Assembly (NCBI GenBank): GCA_026770705.1
Contig: JANJGN010000041.1
Span: 1,116,001-1,180,000, forward strand
Length of the DNA: 64,000 nt
Reading direction: 5' to 3'
Source: Isurus oxyrinchus
Taxonomy: Eukaryota
Part shown: in pieces, positions 23,891 to 38,000 of the stretch
Position numbering within the stretch: the first letter of the stretch is position 1
How the letters are laid out: each line of letters starts with the position of its first letter
Program-made: the position numbers and the translations under genes
The notes under the pieces: model-generated
What the model was told of the DNA's origin: nothing
What the model saw: only the letters and a program-made list of their open reading frames with translations
The model's database searches: none

Positions 23891-26800
23891 ATTTTTCCAT
23901 CACCCTGTGCTGCTTTATCTCCAATTGAAAGAGGAAATCTCTTCCACTTGCATTTAATTTACCGTTTCCTACTGCATGACTTAAGTATGCCCTCGTTCCT
24001 AAACCATGTCCTCCGGTCCTAACAGTGCATCCGCCTCAAGGTTTTGAAAACCGTGTTCCTTGTTTTCCCCCTAATCTGGATCGCTCACAGGCTCAACTTC
24101 CAGCTTCCGCATCTAACTCCATCCGAAACCTAAATCTCCCAGTGGTCGCTCTCAGGATTTCCCGTTTTCTCAAACCTGCTGTTGACCATTGTAACCCATA
24201 GGGAGAAACCACCTGCGCCTCCTACTGTATTGTTACATCCCAATAATTAGGGTGTAGCAAAGTCTCATTTGGACAGTATATTCATGTTGTTCAGTTCATG
24301 CTTGTGATTGTCCGAATAATTTTTGATAGTGGTATTTAGGTCCATTTTTGTGACTGTATGTGTTGTCCAGCCCAATTATCAGTTGACATGTTAAATGCCG
24401 CAAAGAACGTAGTATTTTAGGATAGTTCGAGGCAAACTGTTCCCTTGTCTCCAGGTTTGGTGAAACACTTCTGTTTTTTTTATGTTTATTCTCTTTTCCA
24501 GGTGACTTGTTGACATTTGTCTTCCTGTCGTGAGGAAACTATTGCTCCTCAAAATGTATTATTTGCTACCTGGAGCGAATGGCAGGGAACGAATTCTAGT
24601 TTGTTATTTCAGATCCTGTATTAAAGGGGATTTGTCAGGCGAAATTTTCAGTTCCATGGGAACACAATACCGGCATGTGTAAATTCATTTAGTTTCTTTT
24701 CTTTTTTTCAACCACAAACATCTCTTTCTTCCTCACAGTTGACTTTACTTACTATCGGTTAGAAGATTTGTTTTTGCATGAAGTCCATGTATAGCGTCCT
24801 ATCATGTTCATAGCTCCCTAACTATATTTTTATCGAACAATATTTATTTCTATCTATCTATCTTGCTCTTTCACTCCCTCGCACTCTTTCTCGCTCGCAC
24901 TGTCTCACTCTCTCTCTCTCACAAGTTATCTCTCTCGTCCAGTCAATCTATCCAGATGTCAATCCCTGTCAATTTTTCTGTCTGTCTATCTGGCTGTCCG
25001 TTTGTATTTCTCACGATCTTAATGATTGATCCTCCCAGCTCATCAACAGGTGAATACTCAAAAAAAAAAGCTGGTGTGATATCATGTGCGAAGTTAGACC
25101 AAGTCTAAATTTGCACAATCGATTTGCTAAATTCTGCTTACAAAGACTGTTCAGGCGGGATAAATTAACTTTTCCCGCCTTCCTTTTCTTTAAGGCACTT
25201 GAATCTGTTCTCCACAAATGCTGAAATCAATGAATGAATTTTCATTGCGGGTTTGCCAAAGGTTTGTTTTATTTTTCAACATTATGTTTTCAAATGCATC
25301 ATTTCGTGTGACAGTGATGTGGTTAGATGGGCCAGAACGTATTCCTCTTTCCAAATTTCCCTTGAGAAGTGCTGGTACCCTGCCTTCCTGAATTTGTGGA
25401 CTTCATATGATTGTTGTCAGTGGCCGTCCCTCGTAATCCGGGTCCTTCAAGCTCAGGGTGAATTCAGATGACTGAGAAGCCCAATTCTGGGTCTATTTGT
25501 TCTTCCACCTGGGACACGCTGTTGGCCCAGTTTGGGATCGTTCTCCTTGCTGTGCCTCTGCCCTTCCACGTCCCTGCTGAGTCGCTGAGCTGCGATGTGG
25601 TTTCCACCTTGATTGAACCGTTTTGTGTCACTATGATTATGATGTCATCATCAAAAGAGCAAATGACACTGATCATTTTTCATCTTTTCATGGCAGCCTC
25701 ATATTGCAGACTGATTTGGATAGTTCATTGACCAATTGGGGTAATGCGGATACAAGTGTGTGCTTTGAGGGGGGTGTGAAGGGGGCGGGTGTGCGTCTCT
25801 GGTTGGAGGAGTGGAGGCAGGAAAATGGAGCTGAGGTCACAATCAGGTGAACCATTTCCTTTCCGTGTTGCAGAAGAGGCTCAAGAGGGCGAATGACTTA
25901 CTCCTGCCCTTAATTCTTCTGTTTCTGGTGTTGTATGAAATGCAGCGCAAACCAACAGCCAGAGGCGACGGCGATTCGCGTTCATTATAATGAGTGACTC
26001 CATCAGCTAATGATTATCGGCAGAAGACATCTGAGTGCCAAGATTTAAATGTGGAATATTCTCCCAGCGTTGTAGTCTACATATCGTATTACTTAAATCA
26101 AAACATTGTTTCTCAATCGGCCCAAACATCTGTCTCGATGGAGTATGTGAGTTGGTGGTGTGGGATGATATGCTGTCGTGGAGAATGGTGTTTATGGGAT
26201 CAGAATCGTGTTGAGAGCTTTTTTTCTTAAATATTCAGGGTGAGAACACAAAATCGTTCTCCATACAGCTTGTGTTACACATCCTGTAATCACCAAAATG
26301 AACGCACCAGGTCCTCTGGTTCCATTTATAATTTCCAGGTAGAATGGTGTCATTTTCTTTGCATTGAATGTAGGCCTAGTCACCGAAGGAGGTGTCAGTG
26401 CCAGTGTAATCCTGGAAATGATCTGGGCAGCGTATGTCCTCCCTCTGGAAGCCTGAATGTCAAATACACGGATCACACAGGTGCCTTGTTGGAACATAGA
26501 AATTGTCCCGAAACACAATACAGTGCTGAACATCTGATATTTACCCACTACTTCTGGACGATCAGGACCATTGAGTAGCTAAGATTCATTTTGATGTAAA
26601 TTCGTGACGATTTATCTCGCAACAACGCCTTGTGGTTTAATAATTTCCACCCTGACCATCTCCGATAATATTTAACCGTTGCTCTCTAACATGCAGCTCC
26701 TTCCATTGGTTTCATCGCAGGCATCTGTCCAATATTTGACTTTTCACTTTGGAGTGGTTGTTTTCACAAGGAGAGCGACTGGTATAACTTGTTTGTTCAA

Positions 26801-27571
26801 TGACTGAAATGATTTATTTCTTCAGGGAGCTTGAATGTGCTAATGGGGATTTATCTATTGCATAAATAAGAGTTTGTCTGATCGCATCATTTCATATTTT
26901 CCAAAAGACTCAGTGTTGCTGCTTCAATTAGCGCTTCTCATAGCCAACAGCATTTGTTGCACTTTGTTAGATACGGGACATTTGCAAAACCATTTTGGAA
27001 GTTCTCGTTATCTACTGTACATTTATTTACAAACTCGCAGGTCAGAAATACGGAGATCTCTTATTCTATCCATTCACTGAATGTGCGCGACGCTGGAGAG
27101 GCCAGAAGTTATTGCCCATCCATAATTTCCCTCGAAAAGATGATTGTGAGATGCATTTTTGAGTTGCTGTATTCATTGTTATAAGGCAGTGAAGGAACAG
27201 CGACATATTTCCAAATCAGGACGTGAGTGGTTTGAGAGGAGCTACGAGACGTTGGCGTTCCCCTCTCTATGTTTCTCTTGCCTTTCTAGGTGCTAGCAGA
27301 CGCAGGTTTGGAAATTTATATACAGGACTTCATGTCGGTAAAATATAGCAGCTTTTCTCTTCCCTGTTACGAATGCTTTGGTGCCAGGTTTACCCTGATA
27401 CTCTGGATTTCATTACTGTGGTATCTATTCAGAGTCTCGACTGTGATTTTACTTTGTTGATGTTTTTTCTGATATTAATTCAAATGAGACGGGGCTTTGT
27501 ATGTTTCAGCTCACATCGTTCCAATCCATCCTGTTTACCCTTCTCAGGAGGAAATACATCTTCTCATAAAG

Positions 27572-27641
27572 ATGGGAGATATGACACTTCACAAGATAGA
27601 AACCATTTACTACCCTATTCTCGAACCTATTGGTGTACCAG
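27572..27641 (+). CDS. First coding exon of a GPR139-like GPCR (short N-terminus); partner exon not seen
   Basis: MGDMTLHKIETIYYPILEPIGVP-G|GTAATA; 70 nt, phase 1. The E/P substitutions in TM1 suggest decay. Confidence 0.75.
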
Positions 27642-28199
27642 GTAATAACATATACACAATCAGTGGATGTATAAATGGATATTGACTTTCTTCTCAAATG
27701 GCGCTTCTGATGACGTGAGATCGTGGCTTTTCTGTTGGAGAGTCATCAAAGTTGAGGTGTCACATTACCTGATTTCTTACTGTAGCTCGATATTTCACGC
27801 CACGTACTACAGTGTTGACACTGTATTCATTATGTGGGGAATTTTTTGAATTTGTGTGGGCTGTGCAATAATTTTCATAACCCAAACTAACCAAAAGTGT
27901 TTAAACTTAGAGGTAAGACATGTCTATGAAAATCAATGCAGGAGCAAATTTGCATTATGCAGTATTCAGCTTCAACTTATTGAAAGGGTTTGCTCATAGT
28001 TTTCACCTGTTTTCAAATATCACAAGCAATTGAATCCCTGTCAAATCACGTACTTTTTAACAGCGAGATTTTTACAAATCAATGTGAAGTGAGAATATCT
28101 GGAAGCTTGGCTGAAACACAATGCTGTGTGTGCTTAAGACATTCCAAAGTCTTACTCACTTGTATATTGAGAGGCAAGAATTTCAGCAACTTTGTCCAC

Positions 28200-28545
28200 G
28201 ACCACATGGATGGAATTAATTAAAGTAAGTTTGTTGGTCAATTTGTGCTCGGGATGTTTCCTTGGACAACATGATGACCGGATTTTTTATTTTGTGGAGT
28301 TTAGCAGAGGTATAAATATCAGTTAAGACACAGCGGCCAACGAGAATTTTGCTCTTCGAATTAGTGGAATTGAATCTTTTACGTTTTACTCGTGAATCTA
28401 TTTGACATCTGATCTTAAAGCTCCTGATTCCAATAGTGCAGTATTACTTCACTACGGCAATGGAGATTTAGCCGAGAACTTTGTTCTGAACTCCTGGCGC
28501 CAGAAGTAAGTCTATCTCAGCACGGATATTTCATCTGATTGAGCC
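28200..28545 (-). mobile_element. DeuSINE-like (SacSINE1-type) ancient SINE
   Basis: atgaccggatttttt..gaggtataaatatcagttaagacac..ctcttcgaattagtgg..atcttttac and caatagtgcagtattacttcactacggcaatggagatttagcc resemble the reversed Deu-domain and head; mirrored at ~40270-40600. Confidence 0.55.
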
Positions 28546-28769
28546 ATAAATGGTCCGATTTTAAAACACCTACGCACCCCGATTAGTTACCTGGTTCGCA
28601 TTATTCTGCTCCATTCAATTTATCGCCCTCCACCACCTGCTGGTGTAATTCAAACTTCCAAATCTAACTAATTTACATTGAATATTGAAGTGAATTGGAT
28701 TAAAGCTTTTTCGGATTCCCCTGTCTCTTTGTGAAAGTCGCATTACTAAGTGACATGCAGGCGCTGACA

Positions 28770-29230
28770 AAAGAACATAGATGCCTAGGCAATGGGAGCA
28801 GAAGTTAACAATTTGGACGCTCGAGCTTGCTCAACCGCTCAAGTATATCATGGCTGTAATCATGCTTCACGTCATTCCCTTTCACGATCTCATATCTCTG
28901 GCCGCATTTAATACTTGGAAATTGCTTCATCGCCCTACATTCAACATACCCAATGACTGAGCCTCTGCCGCTGATGTGGGAGATAACTTCAAACATTCGC
29001 TGCTCTCTGAGTGAAGAAATTCCCCATTATATCTGCCCTAAATGCATACCTGTTATTCTGATACTGTATCACATAATATTAGACACATCCGCGGGGGAAA
29101 CATCCCTCCAGCATCTATATCATCGAACACTGTAAGAACGGTGTATGTTTCAGCGAGATCAATTCTCATTTGGCAAAGCTCCAGAAAGCATAGGCTCAGT
29201 CTCGTCAATGTCACCACATGGAAAATTCCG
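28770..29230 (-). mobile_element. CR1 3' end fragment
   Basis: aagaacatag..gggagcagaagt..ctcgagcttgctc..atcatggctg is the reverse complement of a CR1 tail; mirrored at ~39700-40110. Confidence 0.6.
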
Positions 29231-29854
29231 TTTTAATTCCCAGTAATGCAAAGAATTATCTTGTTAACATTCCTTGTCGCACAGCTCCCACAGCAGCGAA
29301 AATACTATCACCAAAAGAAGAATTTGCAATGCTTGCCCTGCAGCCCAAACATCACCATAATAATTCAACCTGGAAATTGAGGAGTTGGAGGTAGTTTGGG
29401 CTTTGAATTCCAGGTTATGGCTGTACACATCCTTGCTAAGGTTGATGACCAAAGTGTCTGGTGAATGCCCACTTTTGTGTTGCTGATCAGCTTGAGCTCT
29501 ACTCCATGTCGCAGAATGTTTGTGTCACACAATATTATGCAGGAACCTTCCAATGTGGAGGTCGACTTCGTCTGTACGAGGACTATTCCGTGGTCTATCC
29601 TATCAATACTGTAATGTGCAGTTGCCTATGTTGTTTGAAGGTTGGTGAGGCGAGTTCATTTCGGGCTTTGCACTTCGGTTTTTGCCCTGATCACCTGGCA
29701 ACGACCCAGTCTAGCAGTTATCTGTCTGATTCGGCCTGATCGGCCATTATTGGTGGATACCGATCCTATCTTCGTCATAGACATTGATGCCCCCTGCGTA
29801 CAATAATTTTTCTTTCTTGCCATTCCCCAAAACTTAGTTTAATGACTCACAAGT

Positions 29855-30145
29855 GTGCATAAGTTAAAGGTAAGGGACAGTAGGTTAAGGAGTGATGGGA
29901 GGAAAAACATTTTTCCACAGAGGTTGGTGACTATCTCTAATTCACTGCCTGGGAGGGTGGTGGAAGCGGGTTGACTCGCATCCTTTACAAAGTAACTGGA
30001 TGAGCAATTGGCACGTTTTCAAGGCCATGGGACAAGTGCTGGTAAATGTGATTAGGTAGTAGTTCAGGTGTTTCTCACATGCTGTTGCAGATTCGAAGAG
30101 CCGAAGGGCCTATTCTGCATTGTGATTCTGTGATTCCATGATTCG
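29855..30145 (+). mobile_element. 5'-truncated CR1 insertion specific to the left arm
   Basis: HKLKVRDSRLRSDGRKNIFPQRLVTISNSLPGRVVEAG and a gattctgtgattccatgattc tail; absent from the homologous site (~39065) in the right arm. Confidence 0.8.
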
Positions 30146-30399
30146 TCCATGGATGCTCATTCATTCATCATCTGTGGGGGGAGGTAGGTGGTCAACATAA
30201 AGGAATATTCCCGTGTTTTAATTAATGCCCGTGAAGTGCCCGTGTTTTAATTAATGCCATGAGGTTTATCATAAGTACCACGTGCTCTTAGTGTTCTGAG
30301 AAATGGTGCACACTGAATGTAGAGGATTTGCAAAATGTATATTAGGAAAGCAACAATGCTTTTGAGTGAAACCTAAATTCCCATTTAAGAAAAAATATA

Positions 30400-32270
30400 T
30401 TTTGCTCAGGTGTTTGTTGATGATCGAGATGAACTTTAAAATCAGTAAGAATAATTATTGGGTAAAGATAAAGAACTTGAATCATTAAAGCTAAGGACTG
30501 GTTGTTAATCAAGCAGCCTGCTTTGCCGTGAATTAGTTCAATATTGTTCAATGTTATTGAAGCAGAACACAGACAGAAAACTGTTGTGTATTGCAGTATA
30601 TTCGTGAATTGTCCATTGTAAATGGAGGGACGGTTTTGCAGAGTCAGGGGGTTATGTCCTCGCCACAGAATCCCCAGCTCCTGACCTGCCCTTCTAGTCA
30701 AAGTTTATAGTCAATGGTTATTCCATGGATGTTAAAAATGAGGAATTAAAAGATGGTGATACTATAAATGCATAGGATAACTTGCTGGACCCTTTCATTT
30801 TGTAGCTGGCCATTGCCTGTCAATTGTGTGGGGCTAATATGACTTGTCAGTTTTCAGCAGAAGCCTGGATTTTTCACAGGTCTCAATGCACACGGGCAAG
30901 ATTTTTTCCGCTTCTGTTGAGTCACGAATGGTGTTGAACTTTGAACAATCATTAGCGGACACAACACACCCCCCACCCCCACAAACCTTTCTCTGCATTT
31001 ATGACGCAGAGAAGTTAATGTATGCACTAGCTCAAGGTGGTTTGGCTTAGAACACTGTTCTCAGGATCTTGCGCACTGATGTCATCGGGATGAGATGATT
31101 CACCTGCAACACGAAACAAAAAAAATCTTCTTTTGTGAGAGGTATTTCTTCCAATCAATGGAGAAGGATCCTCGTTATTTTTACTGAACCCATTCTAAAC
31201 ATATCTCCTTGATACCACAGTATATGTTGTCTTGGTGTAAATAAGAGCTGCTCTCCACTCACATCGTGAATTCAGCAGTTTTGGCTATGTTTGGTTTAAG
31301 ATCAAACCGAGAGCTGGAGCTCATACAAAGCAGAAAATGGTCGCCAGTGAGCAGGTCACTGCCGAGTACGTGGCGAGTGAAAGCGATGCCCATGACACAT
31401 TCCATCATTTTGTTCATGATGATGATTAGGCACATGGGGCGTTAATTCGATTGGTTGGATTTGTCTTCTTTCGTATTGGTGGATAGGCCCAACTGTGCAA
31501 CTGATCTCATTTTCACGTAGATGCCAGTATTTTAGCTGCACTATACCACGTTGTCTAGGAAGGTTTATTCTGGAGAACTGATCTCCCGTATTATTGGCGT
31601 ATCTGACAGGTCCCATAGCCTCTGCATCATCCAGTTCCTTCAGTGATTCCTTAACAGCAAGCGTTGTGAAGGACATTCGCTCGAAACTGGAATCTGTGAT
31701 GCTCTCATTCACAGAAGGGGCCGGGATGATTCATCTGCCCGCCACGTCAGTCTGAATATGGTGACAAGTGCTTCAGCCATGTATATGCACTGATTCTGCG
31801 CTGCACAATCATTGCCGATGTGGATATTGGTGCGGTGTCTACCACCATTGAGTCTTTGAATGGTCCAACGCCATTCAAGATGGCATGAGCAGAACTTCGG
31901 AACACAGTTAACGTTATTTTCTGGTGGGAACAATTAGCCTGTCAATCATGTGCTGCATCCGCTGCTTTGTATGCAAGTCGTGCTGTCTCGGAATTCACCG
32001 GTCAAAGACGCATTGTTAGTAATGATTGTGGTATCTTCTGATATATGACAGATGTCGACAAAGGTCATCCATTCAAGCACTTCACCTCGAAAGCCTCGAA
32101 GGGCAAGAGCAGTAGTGGCATGTGAACACTATTATTGCAAAATCCTTTCGAAATCACACCCCATCCTTACTTGGAGATACATAAGCATTCCCTGATAGCC
32201 ACTGGATCAAACACCTGTAAATCCATCACTTGTAACACTGCCTGAGGACCCGCATCACATGGACAGCAAC
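30400..32270 (-). mobile_element. Old CR1/L2-group LINE fragments shared by both arms
   Basis: TRRAGQELGILWRG..LTLQNRPSIY and VKESLKELDDAEAMGP..QPIELTP; homologous to the 55777 ORF family. Confidence 0.65.
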
Positions 32271-35047
32271 AAGAAGTACATGTGTTGTCCGAAAAAATGC
32301 TCATCTTGCCAATGTATCCCAAGAAAGAAAGTTCTGTATAATGCCAAATCTATGAATGTTTTTGCCATTTGATATTGAAATGGCGGCTCTGCATGTTTAC
32401 TTTGTACGAAGAAACTCAGGTTAAGGACAACGTGAATCTTTTCATTCAAATCCATTCGCAGTACTTTTGTTCCTAAGTGCGAATGTCTAGCCTCAATTCC
32501 TTCCTGAATTTCTAAACATGTAGCCAAAACGATTGGCTGGAAATTTCTTCCTGAAATCGAACCCGGCACCGTCACACCCCCGATCACCCCACGCACCCAC
32601 CCCGCCCACCACACCACCAGCAGCCCCCACGCCCCCCCCCACCCCCAGCCCCCCCATAGCACCCAGCCCCCTCAAAACGTCACATCCGCACGAATATCAA
32701 TTACGTGCATCGGGTATAATGACGTCACATTGTTAAGTCTATAATATTGATTGAGATTGCTGAGAGCGAATGTGGCCTGGACAATTTGAATGCAATCAAA
32801 CGGCTGGGATAGTTAAATATTAAAAGGTAAATGGGAGGTGTAAAGAGTTAAATCATGTGTGTTGGTACAATGTGAAGTGGGAAATGAATGCGCATAATAG
32901 AATCTGCGCCAAGTAGAGTTATACTCTGGAAGAGGTAGTTGTGCAATGCTTGTTGGCTGGTCTATAGATGTGATAAGTACTGTGAAGGATGACTGTGCTA
33001 CAGGACTTACAGCTTGAAAAGAAACCATGACCATACTCTGAACGCTTATGACGGTAAAGGAGGAATGGTAAAGACACAGGACCAGAAAATGGTCAATGAG
33101 CTGCATCACAGACCAGCTTAGATGAGGCTGACTGCAAGTTTACACTTGTGTCATCACAGTGGCGGTACAATGACAATCAGTGCAAGGAATCACTCTTATG
33201 CAGATTCCCAGGGAGAAATTATGTTCGGGGATGGGAGCTGATCAGTCATGTGTTTTAAGTCAGACAGAATAACGTGAGATTGATATGCTGGCTGGGCAGT
33301 GTGCAGGCTAATTTCATCTGAACACATCGCTTATTAATGGCGGAAAGAGTGAATCAACATTGCTATGCACAATGGGTGTAGTCAGTGCTGATCAAGAGGG
33401 CAGTTTAATGGCGGACGGGGAAAGTTGACATTGCTATCAGATTCACTGGACAATATTTATTGGCCAGTTGGGCACATTTATTGCAAAGCATAGTGAATGA
33501 ACAATTCGATTCTGTGAGGTCATAACTAGCTCTTTTCTCACGAGTAGACAGGGCACAGTTGCTATTAATTGATTGGCTGCAAATCAACTCACTTTGTTGC
33601 CAAAAGGGCAGAAGTAAGTCGCTTGCATCTCAAGCAGAGCATCCGTGTGAAATGATTTTAAATGTGAAGCTGAAAATGGATTTTTGCTGGGCACCAAGTG
33701 CAGAAGATCGCAATAATGATTGACCGTGAATGGCACATCGATTTGTGCCTGTAGACTAATATATGTTCAGAAAAGTGAAATTACAAATTGACGATTAGCT
33801 GACGATAAAGATCTAACTCCAAACACACCCAGGTTTAAATTAATATCCTCGAAAGCTTAGTCCATTTCAGATTGGCCAGGCTCATATAACCCATGAATCT
33901 TAACATTATTGGTTAAAATGCATATTTCTTTTATCAAAATGCAGGAACATATTTAGGTAATTAGTGAAGTTATTCAATGCTGCATTATTATGCAAAAGAT
34001 TAACTTCAGACAGTTAAACGGATTAGTGATTAAATTAAATGATCTATATAAATCAAGCCTAATTACCATGAGCCTCAGATAATCACGGTTGCATTATGAT
34101 TTCTGTTGTTTCCTTAGTAAAGGTCCATTTGAATTTTGAAGAATAGATTTTCTAAGTGAATCTCTCTGAAATAATTTGTAGCTGCCAGATATGTAATGAC
34201 TTGATGCGCCCATTTAGTATTTTCTTTCCTGCAATTTGAAACAAGTTCATTTACTCCAGCCTGAATTATTATCGAAATTATCGAAATCGGCTCACTGTCG
34301 AAAATTTTTTGAGGTTCTGGTGGCGATTCTATAGGATAGGATGACATGACTCTGACAATGGTGCAGAACAGAGTTCCGACTGACATCTCCGGTCAGATTC
34401 GGGAGCGACAAATTAGGGAATGGAAAATGCACATTCTGAAAATAATGGGATGACTAGATAGAGAGTTATTTCAAGTGCCAACTGGTTTCATGGCTATGCA
34501 ACATGGCGCAGAATGAATGTAGCGTTTTCGCAAACCTGAACGTAGGGAAACAACAATGCATTGAACCTCTATAAACAGGTTGGTGAAACACGTTGGATTA
34601 TATTATTTCGGTAGGTTGTTAGTTAATGATTCAGACGAACTTTGAATGAAGTAAGGCAAATCAGTCGGATAAAGATAAACAGCTTTTTGCATTTCTGGAT
34701 CAGGGTGCAAGTTAGCAAGCTTTGACCACACAAAAATCTATATGTCCATTCGCATGACATACACAGCGCAGTTGGCAGCCTCTGACTCACAATTGCCGAA
34801 CCCAAATGCAAGAATCAAATATTGATTGCCCTAATGGAGCTGTTGATGATAATCACAAACATCCTTGAAGACGGCAGACAAAGGATAAAAAATTAAGCTT
34901 GAGTTTCTGTTGACCATAGAGGATTCAGTGGAAAAGGTGGAAACATTATTAATCAAAGCTAGTTTGACACAATTGCAGCTTAAAATAAATGTAAAGAATG
35001 AAAATTGACATTTGTTTACCCGATGGCTATTATTATTTGATCAAACC

Positions 35048-35051
<4 letters not shown>

Positions 35052-35080
<29 letters not shown>
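35052..35080. repeat. (TA)n microsatellite
   Basis: About 14 TA units. Confidence 0.95.
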
Positions 35081-35082
<2 letters not shown>

Positions 35083-38000
35083 CTACAATGACATGCATTT
35101 AAACTGAGAGACATAATTTTCCGTGCACTTTTGTGAATTATACAAAGACTGTTAGCCAAATTATCAGCACTTGAATCTGTACTGGCCAGCACTGTAAATA
35201 AGTAAACAGTTTCCAAAATACAGTAATTTAAACAAAAATATAATGAAACAGCCAATGTTTGAACAAATTAATTATCAAAACTATTATGGCATAAATTATC
35301 AGTATATTTCCAGAATTTGCTTCCAATTAACCGTTCAAATGCCGCAGGAATGAACCACCCAATTATCTACCGATTGAAATAATGATCTATCCAAATCATT
35401 ATCCACTATTTAGCTAGCAAATTAAATATACAGTCAACAAATGTGTTATCAACATTATTCCCTACTGGATAAACTAGAAAAATGAAGATGTATTATGCTA
35501 CAGTATTGCCCATTGCTCTCTGCAACTGCAATCTGCTTCCGACCTGTTATTTATTTGCTGTTTGGGGAAAGGAGCATGGAACAGGTGCAGTGCACTTCGG
35601 TTTATGTGCCTCTTAATGTCGTTACTGCAAACACCCGAGTCTGAAGAACTACAGTGCGATGGAGTTTCCTCCACACTCCCAAATCCATATCACTTTAACA
35701 GCAATTTTCCTATGCACAATGTAAGGACAAAATAACAATTTCTTATGGCATCTTTTGCAAGCAAAACAGATCCTTAAGGGCTAATTCATGACAGTGAGTT
35801 TGTAAATGTTGTGGTGAATGCACCTTCGAGTGTGATCCACTGAATTGTGTTTGTGATTATGGTACATTGCTGCAAGGCTCCGTAGCAGCAGTAACACTAG
35901 AGAAGTGACACAAATCACCCGGCGCAGGATTAAAACGCTAATCATGATGTCAATCATAAAGATACATTTCTGTATGTAGACAGGGGCCGGGATTTTACGT
36001 TTTTCGGCAGCGTGAAATTGGACAATTGTAAAACTAAACCTTTCCCATCTCACCCTCACTTAGACCACCTCCCACTCTAAAATCCATTAATTTCCCACGG
36101 GGAGGAGGATTTGAGTGTTGCAAAAGTTAGTGGGGTCCAATCGGCAGTCAAAGCCTGAACATGATGCGTCAGATTGTAAAGCTGTGAACAGAAAGTCTAT
36201 ATGGCAGCAAGCTCAAGACCACCTGCTCTCAGAAACTGTTTTACTAACAATAGTTTGCGTGGAAAGCTCAGGCAAGAAAGATAAAAGTGAAAAGTAAACA
36301 TGAAGGCGCTGCCACCTTCCCCAGCAGAATCTGTTGCTACATTTAATCATGGTCCCAGAGGCTGATCATCTATTCTGCACGATTGTTGTCTGATGGTAGC
36401 TGCCCAGATACATATTTTTTCCTCTCGTCTGGGCCACAGTAAGTGTAAATCACGAATAAAGAAAACATATGACTGTGTCCTTCACAAACTCAATAACTTG
36501 CTAATTAATAACTTGTATAAGGTGGGCCCTCCCGTTCTCCATCTGCATCTGGGAGAGTCATGTACGTGACGTCAGTATACAAGATGCATGTCATTGTACT
36601 TCGTGCGGATTTGGCATTTTTGAGGGATTGGGTGGTGGGGAGTGGGTTTTGGAGGATGAGGGGGAGGGTGGGTGGCGGGGTGGCGGGGGGATGGTGCGAT
36701 TTGCTGACGAAAATTCCAGCCAATCCTTTTGGTTAAAGATTTAATATCCAGAAGTGAATTCAAAATATACGTTCTCTGATAAGGTCCAGTGTACTCCGAA
36801 ATAATTTACATTTCAGCATGCATTTGGTAGTTAATCTATGTTGAGTTGGAACAAAAGAAACACCCAGGGCCGTCAATTCTATACAAAAATGACATCAATA
36901 TTCACAGATTCGTCACAATGCAACAGGTTCTTTCCTTTGTATATGTTGACAAGTTTAGCACTTTTATATCCATATTCACTAATTCTTCTTGAAAATAAGG
37001 GTTTTCTAGTGTTGCAGTCCATGTGAAGCGCGTGCAGACACAATGCTTCGAGCGACAGATTTCCAGGTCTTTGACCCAGTGACAGTCAGGGAACGGTGAT
37101 GTCTCTCCACGTCAGCTTGGTGTATGACTTGGAAGGGATTTTGTAATGTTCCCTTGCATCTTCTGCAGTTGTCCTTCCAGGCTTTCGAGGACAAATGCAC
37201 AGACGAAGGAACTTTGCCAACATCTGTCATGTGTCCACACCATCAGAGACCAAACCTAGCATCACAGCTTAACCTGCTGGACTGCAGGACAAGGCTACTT
37301 GCAAGAAAAACAACGTATTCAGCATGAGGTCAGATCCGAAGTCCTATCACACTCAACTTGAATGCTGGCGGAAAGTTCTGCACCTTACTTTTGGACGGCT
37401 TCGACCAATATCCCCATCGGCATTGACTGTGGAGTACAGTGCACCAGTGCATGTACATGGCTGAAGACGTTGCAGCCAAATTCACCCTGAAGTGACGGGT
37501 GGATGAACCATTCCGGCCTGCTCCCAAGGATGACAAGCATGACAGATGCCAGTCTTCATACAATGTCATTCTAAGCACTTGAATTTAAGTAGTGACTGAA
37601 GGAACTGGATGATGCAGATCCTATGAATCGTTTTTGTTAATACCATTAGTACGGGAGATCAGTGCTCCTGAATAAGCCTTCCTATCAAGGCTGGTATTGC
37701 ACGTCTAAAATAATGGCATCTACGTGAAAATGTGAGCATTTTCACGTGCATGCCTAACCACAAAAAACACGACAAATCCACGAATCTAATAAAAACCCCA
37801 TCTGCCGACACTGCATCAGGTTAAAAGTGATAAAATTATAATGGACAATGCTTTCAGTCGCCAAGTACTCAGCAGTAAACTGCTCACTGAAGCTCACTTT
37901 GTGCATCGTGCAAGCTCCCGCTCTCGGTTCGCCTTGATCCAAGAATGGTCCAAAGTGCTGTACTCATGAGGTGAGGAGCGAGCAGCTGTGTTTTATTTCA

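Larger units (their letters stand above)
24280..32740 (+). repeat. Left arm of a large, diverged inverted duplication
   Basis: Colinear reverse-complement matches: 24310-24540/45960-46210; 24990-25370/44330-44710; 27572-27641/41193-41262; 29700-29820/39095-39215; 30280-30360/38920-38990; 32530-32730/36565-36725. Confidence 0.9.

Noticed and set aside
30210-30258. 20-bp direct repeat cccgtgttttaattaatgcc (two copies)
   Set aside because: Only two copies 9 bp apart; a local slippage duplication, not a CRISPR-like array.
32255-32736. Gly/Trp-rich and Pro-rich ORFs
   Set aside because: Translation of a C-rich tract that is mirrored at 36630-36690.
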